A stretch of 64,000 nucleotides of DNA from Centroscyllium fabricii (taxonomy: Eukaryota), in the NCBI GenBank assembly GCA_051313645.2, contig JBNRSN020000008.1, forward strand, positions 29,450,001 through 29,514,000. Reading direction: 5' to 3'. The notes beneath the pieces were generated by a model that was not told the origin of the DNA, did not search any database, and saw nothing but the letters and a program-made list of their open reading frames with translations. The position numbers were made by a program, and so were the translations under genes. Below are positions 34,078 to 45,976 of this stretch, one piece after another (within the stretch, counting starts at the first letter, position 1; the number at the start of each line of letters is the position of its first letter).

Positions 34078-34600
34078 TAAAACATTGCGCATGGCCGATA
34101 ATGGCGCCTCAAACAGGGTGATACTGAATTTTTCCCCCAATATCCTTAAAATATTTTGAGCTGGTAGAGGTAGAGGTGTTTTCTTTTTATTGGACTGTAC
34201 TAGGTTTAACCTCACATCCCACAGATGGGAGTGCAGAGCCGTCAATTTAGTGTGCCATCTAGACTTTAAAAGCTAAAGGCGTCCAGAAATTGTAAAGGAA
34301 TTTTTATTTTAATATTTTTCAATAATATCGAAAGGCAGAAGTATATATTTTTTGCAAATGATCAAGCAGCTATGATCAAAAGTTTCTATAAGAAACATAT
34401 GCTGGAAAACAGAAATAATAGCAGGAAATTAAAGAAATGCACAACTTGTCACTGAAAGAAAAGGATAGGTGAATAGGGGGCTATTCTGTAAACTACACTC
34501 CCAGTGGGTTTGAGAATTGGTGCTACAATGTCAGAGCACAATCTCCAATCATGCTTCCTGTGAGCAAACCTCCCCGCTGGGAATACAGTATTACCCCTGA

Positions 34601-34860
34601 TGAAGAGGTTTAGAGGGGATTTGAGGAAGAACATTTTCACCCAGAGGGTGGTTGGAGTCTGGAACTCGCTGCCTGAAAGGGTGGTGGAGGCAGGAACCTT
34701 CACAACATTCAAGAGCCATTTGAATGAGCACTTGAGATGCCATAACATATAAGGCTACGGACCAAGTGCTGGAAAATGGGATTAGAATAGAAACGGTTTG
34801 ATGGCCAGCGTGTACACGATGGGCCGAAGGGTCTCTTTCTGTGCTGTATAACTCTATGAC
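34601..34860 (+). mobile_element. CR1 LINE 3' tail fragment
   Basis: TTTTCACCCAGAGGGTGG...CTGTGCTGTATAACTCTATG, same tail as 36170-36372. Confidence 0.8.
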
Positions 34861-35039
34861 TAAGAATCACTCTCCTCCCCACACACCCCTCCCACCCCCC
34901 TCAGAACATAAGTCGCTATCTTTCTCCCTCAGATTCTGACTGACTTGTTGTGCATGTCTGCCATTTTGTGTTTATGTCCTAAACGCCAACTCCCGTAAAA
35001 CTTGCAAGGAGAGATTAGAAAAAAAAATAGAACTGCTCA

Positions 35040-35390
<351 letters not shown>

Positions 35391-35449
35391 TCATGAACCA
35401 TCAATAATTCTTATCATTAAATTACATTTGGAAGAAGAAATAATCCTAG

Positions 35450-36372
35450 GATTTTGGGACGACTAACAAGGCAAGGGAATACACAATGAATGGTTGGACC
35501 CTCGGAAAGACAGAGGATCAGAGGGACCTTGGTGTGCATGTGCAATGGTCCCTGAAGGCAGCAGGACAGGTCAATAAGGTGGTTAAAAACGCATATGGGA
35601 TACTTGCCTTCATTAGCCGAGGCATAGAATATAAGAGCAGGGAGGTTATGATGGAGCTGTACAAAACACTGGTAAGGCCACAGCTGGAGTACTGTGTGCA
35701 GTTCTGGTCGCCACACTATTGGAAGGATGTGATTGCTTTGGAGAGGGTGCAGAGGAGATTCACCAGGATGTTACCTGGGCTGGAACGCTTCAACTATGAA
35801 GAGAGATCGGACAGGCTGGGGTTGTTTTCCTTATTTATGCCGAGGGCTGTTGGAGGACAGAATGCTTTGCCACATCCAGTGGCTGAGGCAGTGACCATTG
35901 TTTCTTGGATAAATATTTGAAGCAGAGAAAGCCACAAGCTGTGGGGAGAGTGGAGGGCCATGGAATTTGTTTTCGATTGTTCACCCTCTGGGTGAAAAAG
36001 CTTTTCCTCAAAGCCCCTCTAAACCTCCTGCCCCTTACCTTGAAACTATGCTCACTGGTTATTGGCAGTGCTACTAAGGGGAAAAGTTCCTTTCTATCTA
36101 TCCTATCTATGCCGCTCATAATTTTGTATACCTCAATCAGGTCCCCCCTCAGCCTTCTCTGCTCCAAGCAATCTGGAGCTCACTGCCTGAAAGGGTGGTA
36201 GAGGCAGGAACCCTCACAAATTTCAAGAAGCATTTAGATGAGCACTTGAAATGCCATTGCATACAAGGCTACGGACCAAGTGCTTGAAAATGGGATTAGA
36301 ATAGACAGGGCTTAATGGCCGGTGTGGGCACAATGGGCCGAAGGTCTCTTTCTGTGCTGTATAACTCTATGG
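35450..36372 (+). mobile_element. CR1 LINE 3' portion with internal inversion (35980-36167) and templated insert
   Basis: LYKTLVRPQLEYCVQFWSP on +, RRLRGDLIEVYKIM on -, tail resumes on + at about 36170. Confidence 0.88.
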
Positions 36373-37199
36373 ATTCAATTTTCCTCAAGGTGTGGGGAAT
36401 TGGTGGGTTCTCCGCTGATCACTTTTTCTTCCCACTTTCTGAAGGGTGTGGGAGCCCCATGCAGTTTTGGCTCAATTGGCCAATTAAATCCCTGCATGTG
36501 GGAAGCCCCTGCCAATTGATTGATTTTAGATGGAAAGCCAGTGGGGTTCCCACTGTGTAACCAGCAGAGCCCATGATTGACAGCTTTAACTAGTCTTATC
36601 TGTTTCTTTCTGTTGTTTCAGTGGATTGTGATGTCATAATCCACTGTCAACAGAATCTAACCGCAAGTCGATGATTGACAGCTCTAAGTGGTTTGTTACA
36701 CTGGCAGGCTCCTGACAGCTAGGGAATGCCTATCTCTCAATCACTAGAAAGCAGCTTGAAGGTATGTTTTTGAAAGTTTGTTTCTCACTAATCTTGGGCA
36801 CCCTAGGGCACCCTAGGGAGACCTCCAGCATGCTGGAGGCCAGGAAGCCATTCTGCTACAGGTGCTTCAATGCCTTGAAGGTGAAAGTCAGCAAATCGAA
36901 TGTTTCCCCACTAGGTGTCACCGGCGAGGATTCCAGCTGGTGGGTTTTGCATGGGAAAAGGCTGAAAATTGCAAGGGGCCCTTAAAATAGCATTATACAT
37001 GGCAATTATGGGCCGCTAATAAGCCTAACGACCATCCCCGCCGACGCCGGGCGGGACTGAAGCGGGCCGATCGGACCTGCTGGCCTGAAACTGACAAACT
37101 GGCGGGAAACCGGCAGGAGGGGTCGCGACCCTTTGATTTTGCGATTTTCCCTCCCGGGCCCCCGAAAAAGCCGCCTGTCGGCTCCAGGAAAATTGACTC

Positions 37200-37570
37200 T
37201 ATGCCCTCTAAGATGTGATTTAATAGAGGTTTTATTTATAAGAAGACTTTTGATAGAGTTCATCGGGAGAGATTTTCTCTGGTTTAGAAGTCAGTGGCGA
37301 GAAGTCATCAATTTAAAATGATTAGCAAGCGAGTAAGAAGAGAATTTAGGAACAATTTATTTATGCAGAGGGCTGTTGGAGGACGGAATGCGTTGCCACG
37401 TCCAGTGGCTGAGGCAGGGACCATTGTTTCTTGGATAAATATTTGAAGCAGAGGAACACACAAGCCACAGGGAGAGCGGAGGGCCATGGGATTAGTTTTC
37501 GATTGTTTGAGCAAAGAGCCAGCACAGGCAGGCTGGGATGAATGGCCTTCTGTGTTAAAAACATCTATGG
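37200..37570 (+). mobile_element. Old diverged CR1 3' fragment
   Basis: CTAAGATGTGATTTAATAGAGGT... degenerate RGDLIEV motif and 3' UTR. Confidence 0.6.
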
Positions 37571-38806
37571 TTCTCAGAACCTAACATTTAGTCTTGAAAA
37601 TGAAGTTGTCTTTGCTCCGACAAGCAAAGAATGGATATTCAATGTTAATATGTAACTGAGGCAACGGAATCCTTTGTTTGGAATAAGAAAGTGTCATGAA
37701 TGGAACCAATTGTCCTTGTCCTTTTCCTAGAGGGTGATGTAGGGAACTCGATAGACCAGATAGATTGATAAGGGTATATCTTCCCGCTAAATTAATAAAC
37801 AGTTAGGGAAGAGTTATCCAAGAAACAATGGCTCATGATCAGCCATGATTTAATTGAATGGCGGAGCAGGCTCGAGGGGCCGAATGGCCTACTCCCACTC
37901 CTATCTTCTATCTTTCTATGTAAAGATGTGCCAAATCAGTGTCAGACATCTCTGTTCTGAGCGGTAGGGGTGGTGGGGCAGATTGGGGGGTTGGTTTGGA
38001 GGGGGTAATGAAGGGAAAAGTGATTTATTGTTCTTGCACTCCATCTAGTACCTGGTTCAATAGGGCAGAGATCAGAAAACGTAGCCTGTGGCTGAGAGAA
38101 CATAAAGGAATTCACATCTTCGCACAAAACATGGAACAACCACAAATAACATAGATGAAAAAAGGTAAGTGAATTAAACCATGACAAGATTAGAAGGCAC
38201 AGGTTTGAAATGATCAGCCTCAAGACAAACTGGAGACCATGTGGGAGAGAGAGTACACAGTTGATCTTCTATTGATTAACTCCTTCACAAAGGAACTGGA
38301 TATTTATCTGGTTGGGAACAGAATCAGTGTTTTTTGGCATTGATATAAATTAAGAGCATCAAATAGTCGATGGCATTTTTCTTCTGCGTGTGGAGGAAGG
38401 CAGGAATGAAAAGATTCTCTGCAGAGAGCTGTAGGCCAATACTTAATAATGGAGAGGTGATGATGGATGAATATTCTGGAGGTTTGTTTGATTTCCTTCA
38501 GCGAGCAGGGAATATTTAAACACAACGTTCCCTCGGAGGATTTAATAGGTCACGCAGAGTTCATGATAGGGTTAATTGTAGACATGGTGAGCTAAGTTGC
38601 CTTGTCTCATTCAAGCCTCCTTACATTTGTAGAAAGTTATACAGTGGTGGGTTGAACATTGACACCATCACAAATGCTTATAGAAGCAAATAATTTTAAA
38701 CTAAGTACAAAAACATAGTGGTTGCCCGAGTAAGATGTTTCGACTTGGCAGTATTCTGCTATAAAAATCCAATACTTATAAGAAAAAAGTGTTTCACATG
38801 GCGTTA

Positions 38807-38944
<138 letters not shown>

Positions 38945-38990
38945 TCACTACACAAATGTATCTCAACAACAACAACTTGCCTTTACACAA

Positions 38991-39840
38991 TGGGCCAGAA
39001 ATTCCGATGCCTAAAGCAGATGCCCACGGCGATGCCCACAAAAAATGCCCACGGATCCGAGATGCCCACGGATCCGAAACTTCCGATGCTGAGGGAGAAG
39101 GGCCCTCAGCATGATGCCCAGGAATGAGTTGCACCCAAAACTTCCGATTCAAAAAGGGTCAAAAAGGGTCATTTTTTTCAGTGATTCTGTGGGCAACGGA
39201 GCCCACAGATGCACTTGAAAAAAGCTTGAGTAACTCGTTGGTGAGGTAGAGAGAAACGTTCTTAAGCATGGTAAGTTAATTTTTTAACTTTAATTTAATT
39301 TTTTTTACAGTTTTTGGGAGTAGTGTGGCCAGATCGGTAACGTTCAATTTTTAAGTTAAAGTTTTTTAAAAAATTTAACAAATCCGATTTTAAGTTAATT
39401 TACCTGGTTGAAATCGCTAATTTTTAAAGTTAAATTTCTGAAATTTCTAACTCTCTAGCTAATTTAAAATTTTTAAAAATCTACGGGGAAAAAATGGCTT
39501 CTCTTACCTGCCGTTTCTTCCTCTGCGAAGCTGCTGTGCCCCCGCGCTGCTCCCTGCGAGTTTGTTGTGCAGCTCCGCACTTACCTGCTCTCACAAAGGT
39601 CCGACTCGGGATCTGTTCATTTAAATTAGGGATCTGGGGGGCGTTTTTTATTTAAATTTGGGATCTGTGGGCGGGGCTTACACTTCGCACGTAACGTGGC
39701 TGGACTGCCACGTTGCGAACGAAGGGGGCGGAGCCAATCGGAAGTTTTGAGGAAAAAAAACCTCAGATGTTGCTGGGCTTCGTTAGTGCTCCGCATGGTC
39801 CTAGTTGCACACCAACCGGCAAACCCGAATTTCTGGCCCA
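38991..39840. mobile_element. Harbinger-like MITE inserted in an L2-type LINE 3' end (38964-40050, minus)
   Basis: TIRs TGGGCCAGAAATTC / GAATTTCTGGCCCA; flanks rejoin into an L2 tail (CAACAACAACTTGC...TTTAGGGAGGGAATTCCAGA). Confidence 0.75.
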
Positions 39841-41330
39841 ATGCCTTTTAACGTAGTAAAACGTGCCAAGGTGCTTCACATGAGCGTTCTCAGACTAAAG
39901 CTTGACAACGAGCCACACTATTAGGACTAGTGACCAAAAGCTTGGTCAAAGAGGTACGTTTTAAGGAGCGTCTCAAAGGAGGAGAGAGAGGTAGAGAGGC
40001 AAGGAGAGGTTTAGGGAGGGAATTCCAGAACTTAGGGCCTGGGTAGCTGAAAGGTAGGGGTAACAACAGTGGAGCCATCTCAACCAAACCTGAGTAGAAT
40101 TCATGCACAGTAAAGCAAGCTCGTATCGAGGCTGCTTTCAAATAAAGTTGAAGGAATCTCTGATCTGATCGAGTGTCATTAACGTTTTAAGGGGAGTGGT
40201 AACCTAAAGTAAATTACCTAAGCCTAAACTCGTTTGACACCACGGGGCTTATTTTGCATTGTTAGGTAATGGGATGGGCGGCGGGTGTGGCGGTTTCCAT
40301 CAGAGCAGCGAGAGAGCCGAACAATCTTGGTGGTGGGGCCTCATTAGCACGTGACGGGTTGTCAACTTTCAAAAGTTCAGTAGCCAAGTGGGCGGGGGGG
40401 TGGGCGGGGGGGGGGCAGGAAATTAGCCATTTATTTTCCTGAGGAGGCTGACAGCACATACCTGGTGGGGCAATCATGGGGTGGGGCGGAGGGTGGGGTC
40501 AAGGGGGTGCAATCCTGGGGAGCCGCACAGGAACCAGCAGCAAAATATTTTTGTTGGGCCAGGAAGAGCACTCTTGCTCGTCTTGGCTCCCCACAATAAT
40601 GAGAGAGAAAAAAATTGGCTGTTTTTGGAGCGGCCTGCTGCGATCCATTTAAGGACAACGGGGTTAGGCTGCTCCATGACTGGAACCAATGGGCGCACCC
40701 CAATTTAAATAAAGCTGGAAGTACTTGACACATCGGCTGGGCCTCCTGCGAGATCCTGACGGGCTGCGAATCGCACCGAGTTTCACGCCGCCGCTACCTC
40801 AGTCTCCACATGGTGAACAGCAGATGAAAATCGTCCCCTGTATAAAAGCCAATGTCAGGGAGGGGGGGGCAACTGTGGAGGTAACACATGTAAGTCTGAT
40901 CTTGCTGGCAGAGGCCACTGGATAACTGTCTGCGCTGGGAAGCGTGGGCAATTCTCCCCCTCCTAGCCCGGGGCACTGAGGATAATCGTAACATCCAACG
41001 TACGCTCCCGCTGACATCCAGCTATCTTAGCACAAATGGCGCATTGATCCTGGGACCTTCCTAGTCCATGTGGCTCTGATACTCACAGACTTATATCAGC
41101 CGAGTGACAGGGTAAGTTTTTCAACCTCTCCCCTCTTTTTGTGCTCTGGCCTCCTTACTGGGTTCCTACTTCTCAAGATGAGACATCCTAAGCACGGACA
41201 TACTGCACCAAAGCCTTGGAAAAATCACCTGCATGGTATCTGCGATGGCTAAGGCGATTCGAAATAGAGCTTGAGAACAAGTCCAAAATAAAATGAATTT
41301 AGCTCATCTCCTCCCTGTGGTAACCATATA

Positions 41331-42010
41331 CAGATTGTGCACCATTAATCCGCCACGGGCGGGACCAGGCCCGTGCCGGGAAACTGAAAAAACCGGGAGA
41401 ATGAAGTTGGACACTGCACATGCGCACCATTCAAAATGGCCGCGCGCATGCGCACAACATTGGGATTGGCTGGCGCGCGCATGCGCAGATCAACCAATAA
41501 TGGCTGCCGCAAAGTTTTTTGAGGGGCTCAGGCTTGTGTGGCGTTCCGTTTGCCTTTTAGGGCTGTCGGGCAGCAGTGAAAGGCCGGTCTTGCAGGGGGG
41601 GAAGGAGGGTTGTGCGGGCGCGGGTCGGGCCCAGTAGGTCCGCCTTCCCTCTCCATCGCCTTTCGGGTTGCTGCTGCCGCCGAGCCGGACTCAGGCTGAC
41701 AGCTGTTGCCTAGTGACTGCCCGCCTCAGTCACGGGGCTCAGCTGTCGAGAAAATAACCGGCGGCCGTATTGAATTATCTGCGCATGCGCTACCCGTCCG
41801 GCGACGCATGCGCAGATCATTCAAAACACCCGGCAGCCATTTTGAATGATCTGCGCATGCGCTCTTCGTTCAGCGGCGCATGCGCAGATCATTCGCCGAA
41901 GCCGCGATGGCGGCTGCCATCTTGCGCATTCGCAGTGCAGTCGGGGCAATTTGCGCCGGCAGGCTGAAGCTGCCGGCTTTTCGGGACACGGATTTTCGGT
42001 GCACAACCTG
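41331..42010. mobile_element. Tc1/mariner-type MITE inside the 5' LTR
   Basis: TIRs CAGATTGTGCACC / GGTGCACAACCTG; TA duplication relative to the intact LTR at 50267. Confidence 0.85.
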
Positions 42011-42037
42011 TATATGTATTAATTACCACTGTAATAT

Positions 42038-42294
42038 TGTAGCGTAGTCGCTAGCTCAATTAAAAGGCGACTCGTAAGTACCGAAATACAAGGCTTTTAA
42101 TTGATAAAGAATGGAGCTAGTCTCCTAACAAGTTCACATACAAGAATGAAGGGGCTGGGTCTGGCCACACCTTATATCGGTGTCCCCACCTGGGGAGGAG
42201 TCGAGGGTGTGGCTGACCTGGCTCCCAGCAGTACAATGGCACTTATACAAAGGTAGCCATATAAGGCAATGGTAACCATATAAGGGTTACCACA
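42038..42294 (-). mobile_element. Solo LTR of a related Gypsy family, inverted inside the 5' LTR
   Basis: Reverse complement begins TGTGGTAACC and ends CTACA; 5-bp TSD AATAT; shares CCAGGTCAGCCACACC..CTCCTCCCCAGGT block with the host LTR. Confidence 0.88.
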
Positions 42295-42559
42295 AATATT
42301 GGTGCCAATATTGCCACTGTACATAGTAAGATGTTGCGACACTGTCATGGGGCCAGGTCAGCCACACCTCTAACTCCTCCCCCAGGTGAGGCCCTTTATA
42401 GGTGAGGACTGACCGCACCAGTTCATTCTGTACCTGTTGTTCGTTCGGAGTATAGCTCCTAAGTAAGTCAATAAAAGCCTGTAGTTAAGATCACTACTCG
42501 TCTTTGGCTTTATTGAGTTAATTGACGATACGTCAATTTTATTGACTTAAAAATTCGAA

Positions 42560-45500
42560 ATGGAGAGCGGTGCGGTAAAACCAGAGAAGCTGGACATCAG
42601 TCCACAGGACCCAGCCGCCGCCACTACCTTCGAACACTGGTTCGGTCTCCTGGAGGCCTACATGGACGCCGCCAAGGCTACAACCGACGGGAACAAGCTA
42701 CAGGTTCTCCGGTCCAAGATCTCCAGCAGAGTATTCTCCCTCATCCGGGACGCCAAAACGTACCCAGTGGCAGTGGAGAAACTGCGAAAATGCTACGAGC
42801 GCCCGGTCCACTCTGTCTACGCCAGACATGTGCTCGCGACCAGACCACAACTACTGGGTGAGTCGAATGAACAGTTCGAGCAGGCACACCAAGCCCTGGT
42901 ACGGGTCTGTGGCTGCCAACCACGGACAGCAGAGGAGGAGGCGAATCTCCTCGTCCGTGATGCCTACGTAACAGGGCTAAGGTGCGTTGAGGCCCACCAG
43001 CGGCTGCTAGAGAAAGACTGTTTAACCCTAGAGGAGGCGATCTCCATCTCGAACTCGGTGGAAGGTGCACGCAACAAGCTACAGGCGTACAGCGGCACAA
43101 ACCCACAGGTCTACGACGCGTGGGCTGCACCACAACGGGCCCAGGGCTGGGCAGCACCACAACGGGCCGAGACCCCCACGATGGCAGCGACAGCCGCAAA
43201 GACACAGGCGGAAAGAAAGTGCTACTTCTGCGGCCAGGGATTACATCCACGGGCGAGATGCCCAGCGAAGACCGCGACCTGCGAGAGGTGCTCCAAGAAA
43301 GGACACTATGCAAAGGCCTGCAGATCAGCCCCGGCGCCCAACTCCAGGTACAACAGCGCAGCCTGCGAAAGCTCCGCCAGGCCTCAGGTAAGCTGCAATT
43401 GCAGCGCGATCCAGCTTGAGAAAAAGCGCACCCATCTCCCACCCTGATGCGGGAAAGGCCGGCTGCACCCACGGCACGCCAAGCTCAGCCACGGCCGGAC
43501 AGGCGCGACCCCCCAACGCCAGCAGCACGCCCAGTGCGGCCCGCTGTGTGCGAATCACGGGCACCGCCAACCCAGCCACCGCGGTGCGCTGCGTGCGAAC
43601 CACGGGCACCGCCAACCCAGGAACCGCGGCCCACTGCGTGCGAACCACGGGTGCCGCCAGCGCGCTCACAGTGGTCAGCCATGTGCGAACCACGGGCGCC
43701 GCCATCTTGCCTCCAACGGCCCACCATGTGCGACCCCTCGGCGCCGCCATCTTGTCTCCAGCGGCCCGCCATGTGCGAACCACGGGCGCCGCCATCTTGT
43801 GTTCAGCCCCAACCAGCAGGGGGCCCACACACACAAACACACACTTCAGCCTCAGCCATACCAAACGTCGACCAGGCTAGGCCGCACACCCTATCGAACT
43901 CGATTATGCCGATTAAAGTTAACCGCCATACTACCAATTGCCTGTTCGACACTGGAAGCACAGAGAGCTTCATCCACCCTGATACAGCGCGGTGCTATGG
44001 ACTGCAGATCCTGCCCACAAGCTACCAAGTCTCCCTTGCTTCACAGTCCCACACCGCGGATGTCACCGGCTACTGCTCCGTCACGCTCACAGTCAAGGGT
44101 TGCGTGTTCCGTAACTTCAGGTTGTACATCCTCAAGCAACTGTGCGCCCCAACCTTACTGGGACTGGATTTCCAGTGCCACCTCAAGAGCGTGACAATGG
44201 AGTTCGGCGGGACCCCGCCCCCCCTCATCGTCAGTAGCCGGGACAGTCCCTTCCCAAAGCGGAGCCCGGCCTGCGGCCTCTCCACCCTGAAAATCGACCC
44301 CCCCTCAATGTTCGCCAATCTCGACCCCAACTGCAAACCTATTGCTACCAAGAGTAGGCGGTACAGTGTGGGGGATCGGACATTTATCAGGTCGGAAGTC
44401 GGGCGTATGCTGAAGGAGGGGATAATTGAAGCCAGCACCAGCCCCTGGCGGGCCCAAGTTGTAGTGGTGAAGACTGGCGAGAAACAGCGGCTGGTGATCG
44501 ATTACAGCCAGAATATTAACCGCTGCACCGGGCTCGATGCCTACCCCCTCCCCCGCATCTCGGACATGGTCAACCAGATCGCCCAATATAAGGTGTTCTC
44601 CACAATCGACCTTAAGTCGGCGTATCACCAACTCCCGATCCGGAAAGCCGACCGCCCGTACACTGCCTTCGAGGCGAACGGTCGGCTCTACCACTTCCTC
44701 CGGGTCCCTTTCGGCGTGACCAACGGAGTGTCAGTGTTCCAACGGGAGATGGACCGCATGGTTGACCAGAACGGGTTGCGGGCCACCTTCCCCTACCTGG
44801 ACAACGTGACTATCTGCGGCCATGACCAGCAGGACCACGATGCCAATCTGGCCAAATTCCTTGACACGGCGGAACGGCTGGATCTAACGTATAACAAGGA
44901 CAAATGTGTCTTTAATACAGATCGGCTCGCCATCCTCGGATACGTGGTGGAGAATGAGGTCCTCGGCCCCGACCCACAGCGTATGCGCCCATTGCAGGAA
45001 CTGACCCTTTCTCACAACCCCAAAGCCTTGAGGAGATGCCTTGGATTTTTCTCCTATTACGCACAATGGGTCCCACAGTTCGTGGACAAGGCTAGACCAC
45101 TCCTCAAGGCTGCCGCCTTCCCCCCCTCGGTAAAAGCCCAAACGCCATTCGCCCGGATAAAGGAAGACATCATCAAGGCGACCATGCACGCCGTTGATGA
45201 ATCCATCCCTTTCCAGGTGGAGAGTGACGCTTCGGACTTTGCCCTTGCCGCCACCCTGAATCAGGCAGGCAGGCCCGTAGCGTTTTTCTCCCGCACCTTA
45301 CAGGGACCTGAAATTCGGCACTCTGCAGTGGAAAAGGAGGCCCAGGCCATCATGGAGGCCATGCGCTATTGGCGTCATTACCTGGCCGGTAAGCGTTTTA
45401 CCCTACTCACCGACCAACGGTCGGTTGCGTTTATGTTTAATAATAAACAAAAGGGTAAGATCAAGAATGATAAGATCCTGCGGTGGCGGATCGAGCTCTC

Positions 45501-45674
45501 GACTTACGAGTACGACATTCTTTACCGACCAGGCAAACTCAATGAACCCCCGGACGCACTGTCCAGGGGAACGTGCGCCGGTGCCCAGCTAGACCGGCTG
45601 AAGGACCTCCACGATCGCTTCTGTCACCCGGGTGTCACCAGACTCGCCCACTTCGTTAGATCCCGTAGCCTCCC
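42560..45674 (+). pseudogene. Gypsy gag-pol copy A (frameshift near 43415; truncated in the integrase zinc finger by the middle LTR)
   Basis: Two Cys/His knuckles (CYFCGQGLHPRARC, CERCSKKGHYAKAC), LFDTGS, RVPFG, YLDN, RNase H ESDAS/EKE/LTD. Confidence 0.92.
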
Positions 45675-45976
45675 TGTGGTAACCGTATTGTACATAGCTT
45701 TACCACTGTAATATTGTCGCCAATATTGGCTGTATATGTTACACTGTTGGCAACACTGTCATGGAGCCAGGTCAGCCACACCTCTAACTCCTCCCCCAGG
45801 TGAGGCCCTTTATAGGTGAGGACTGACCGGGCTCCCTCATTCTGTTCTGGATGTTCGTTCGGAGTGTAGCTCCAAAGTTAGTTAATAAAAGCCTGTAGTT
45901 TAAGGTCACTACTCGTCGAAGTCTTTTATTAAGAGAATTGACGATACGTCAATTTTATTAACTAAGAAAATTTTAA

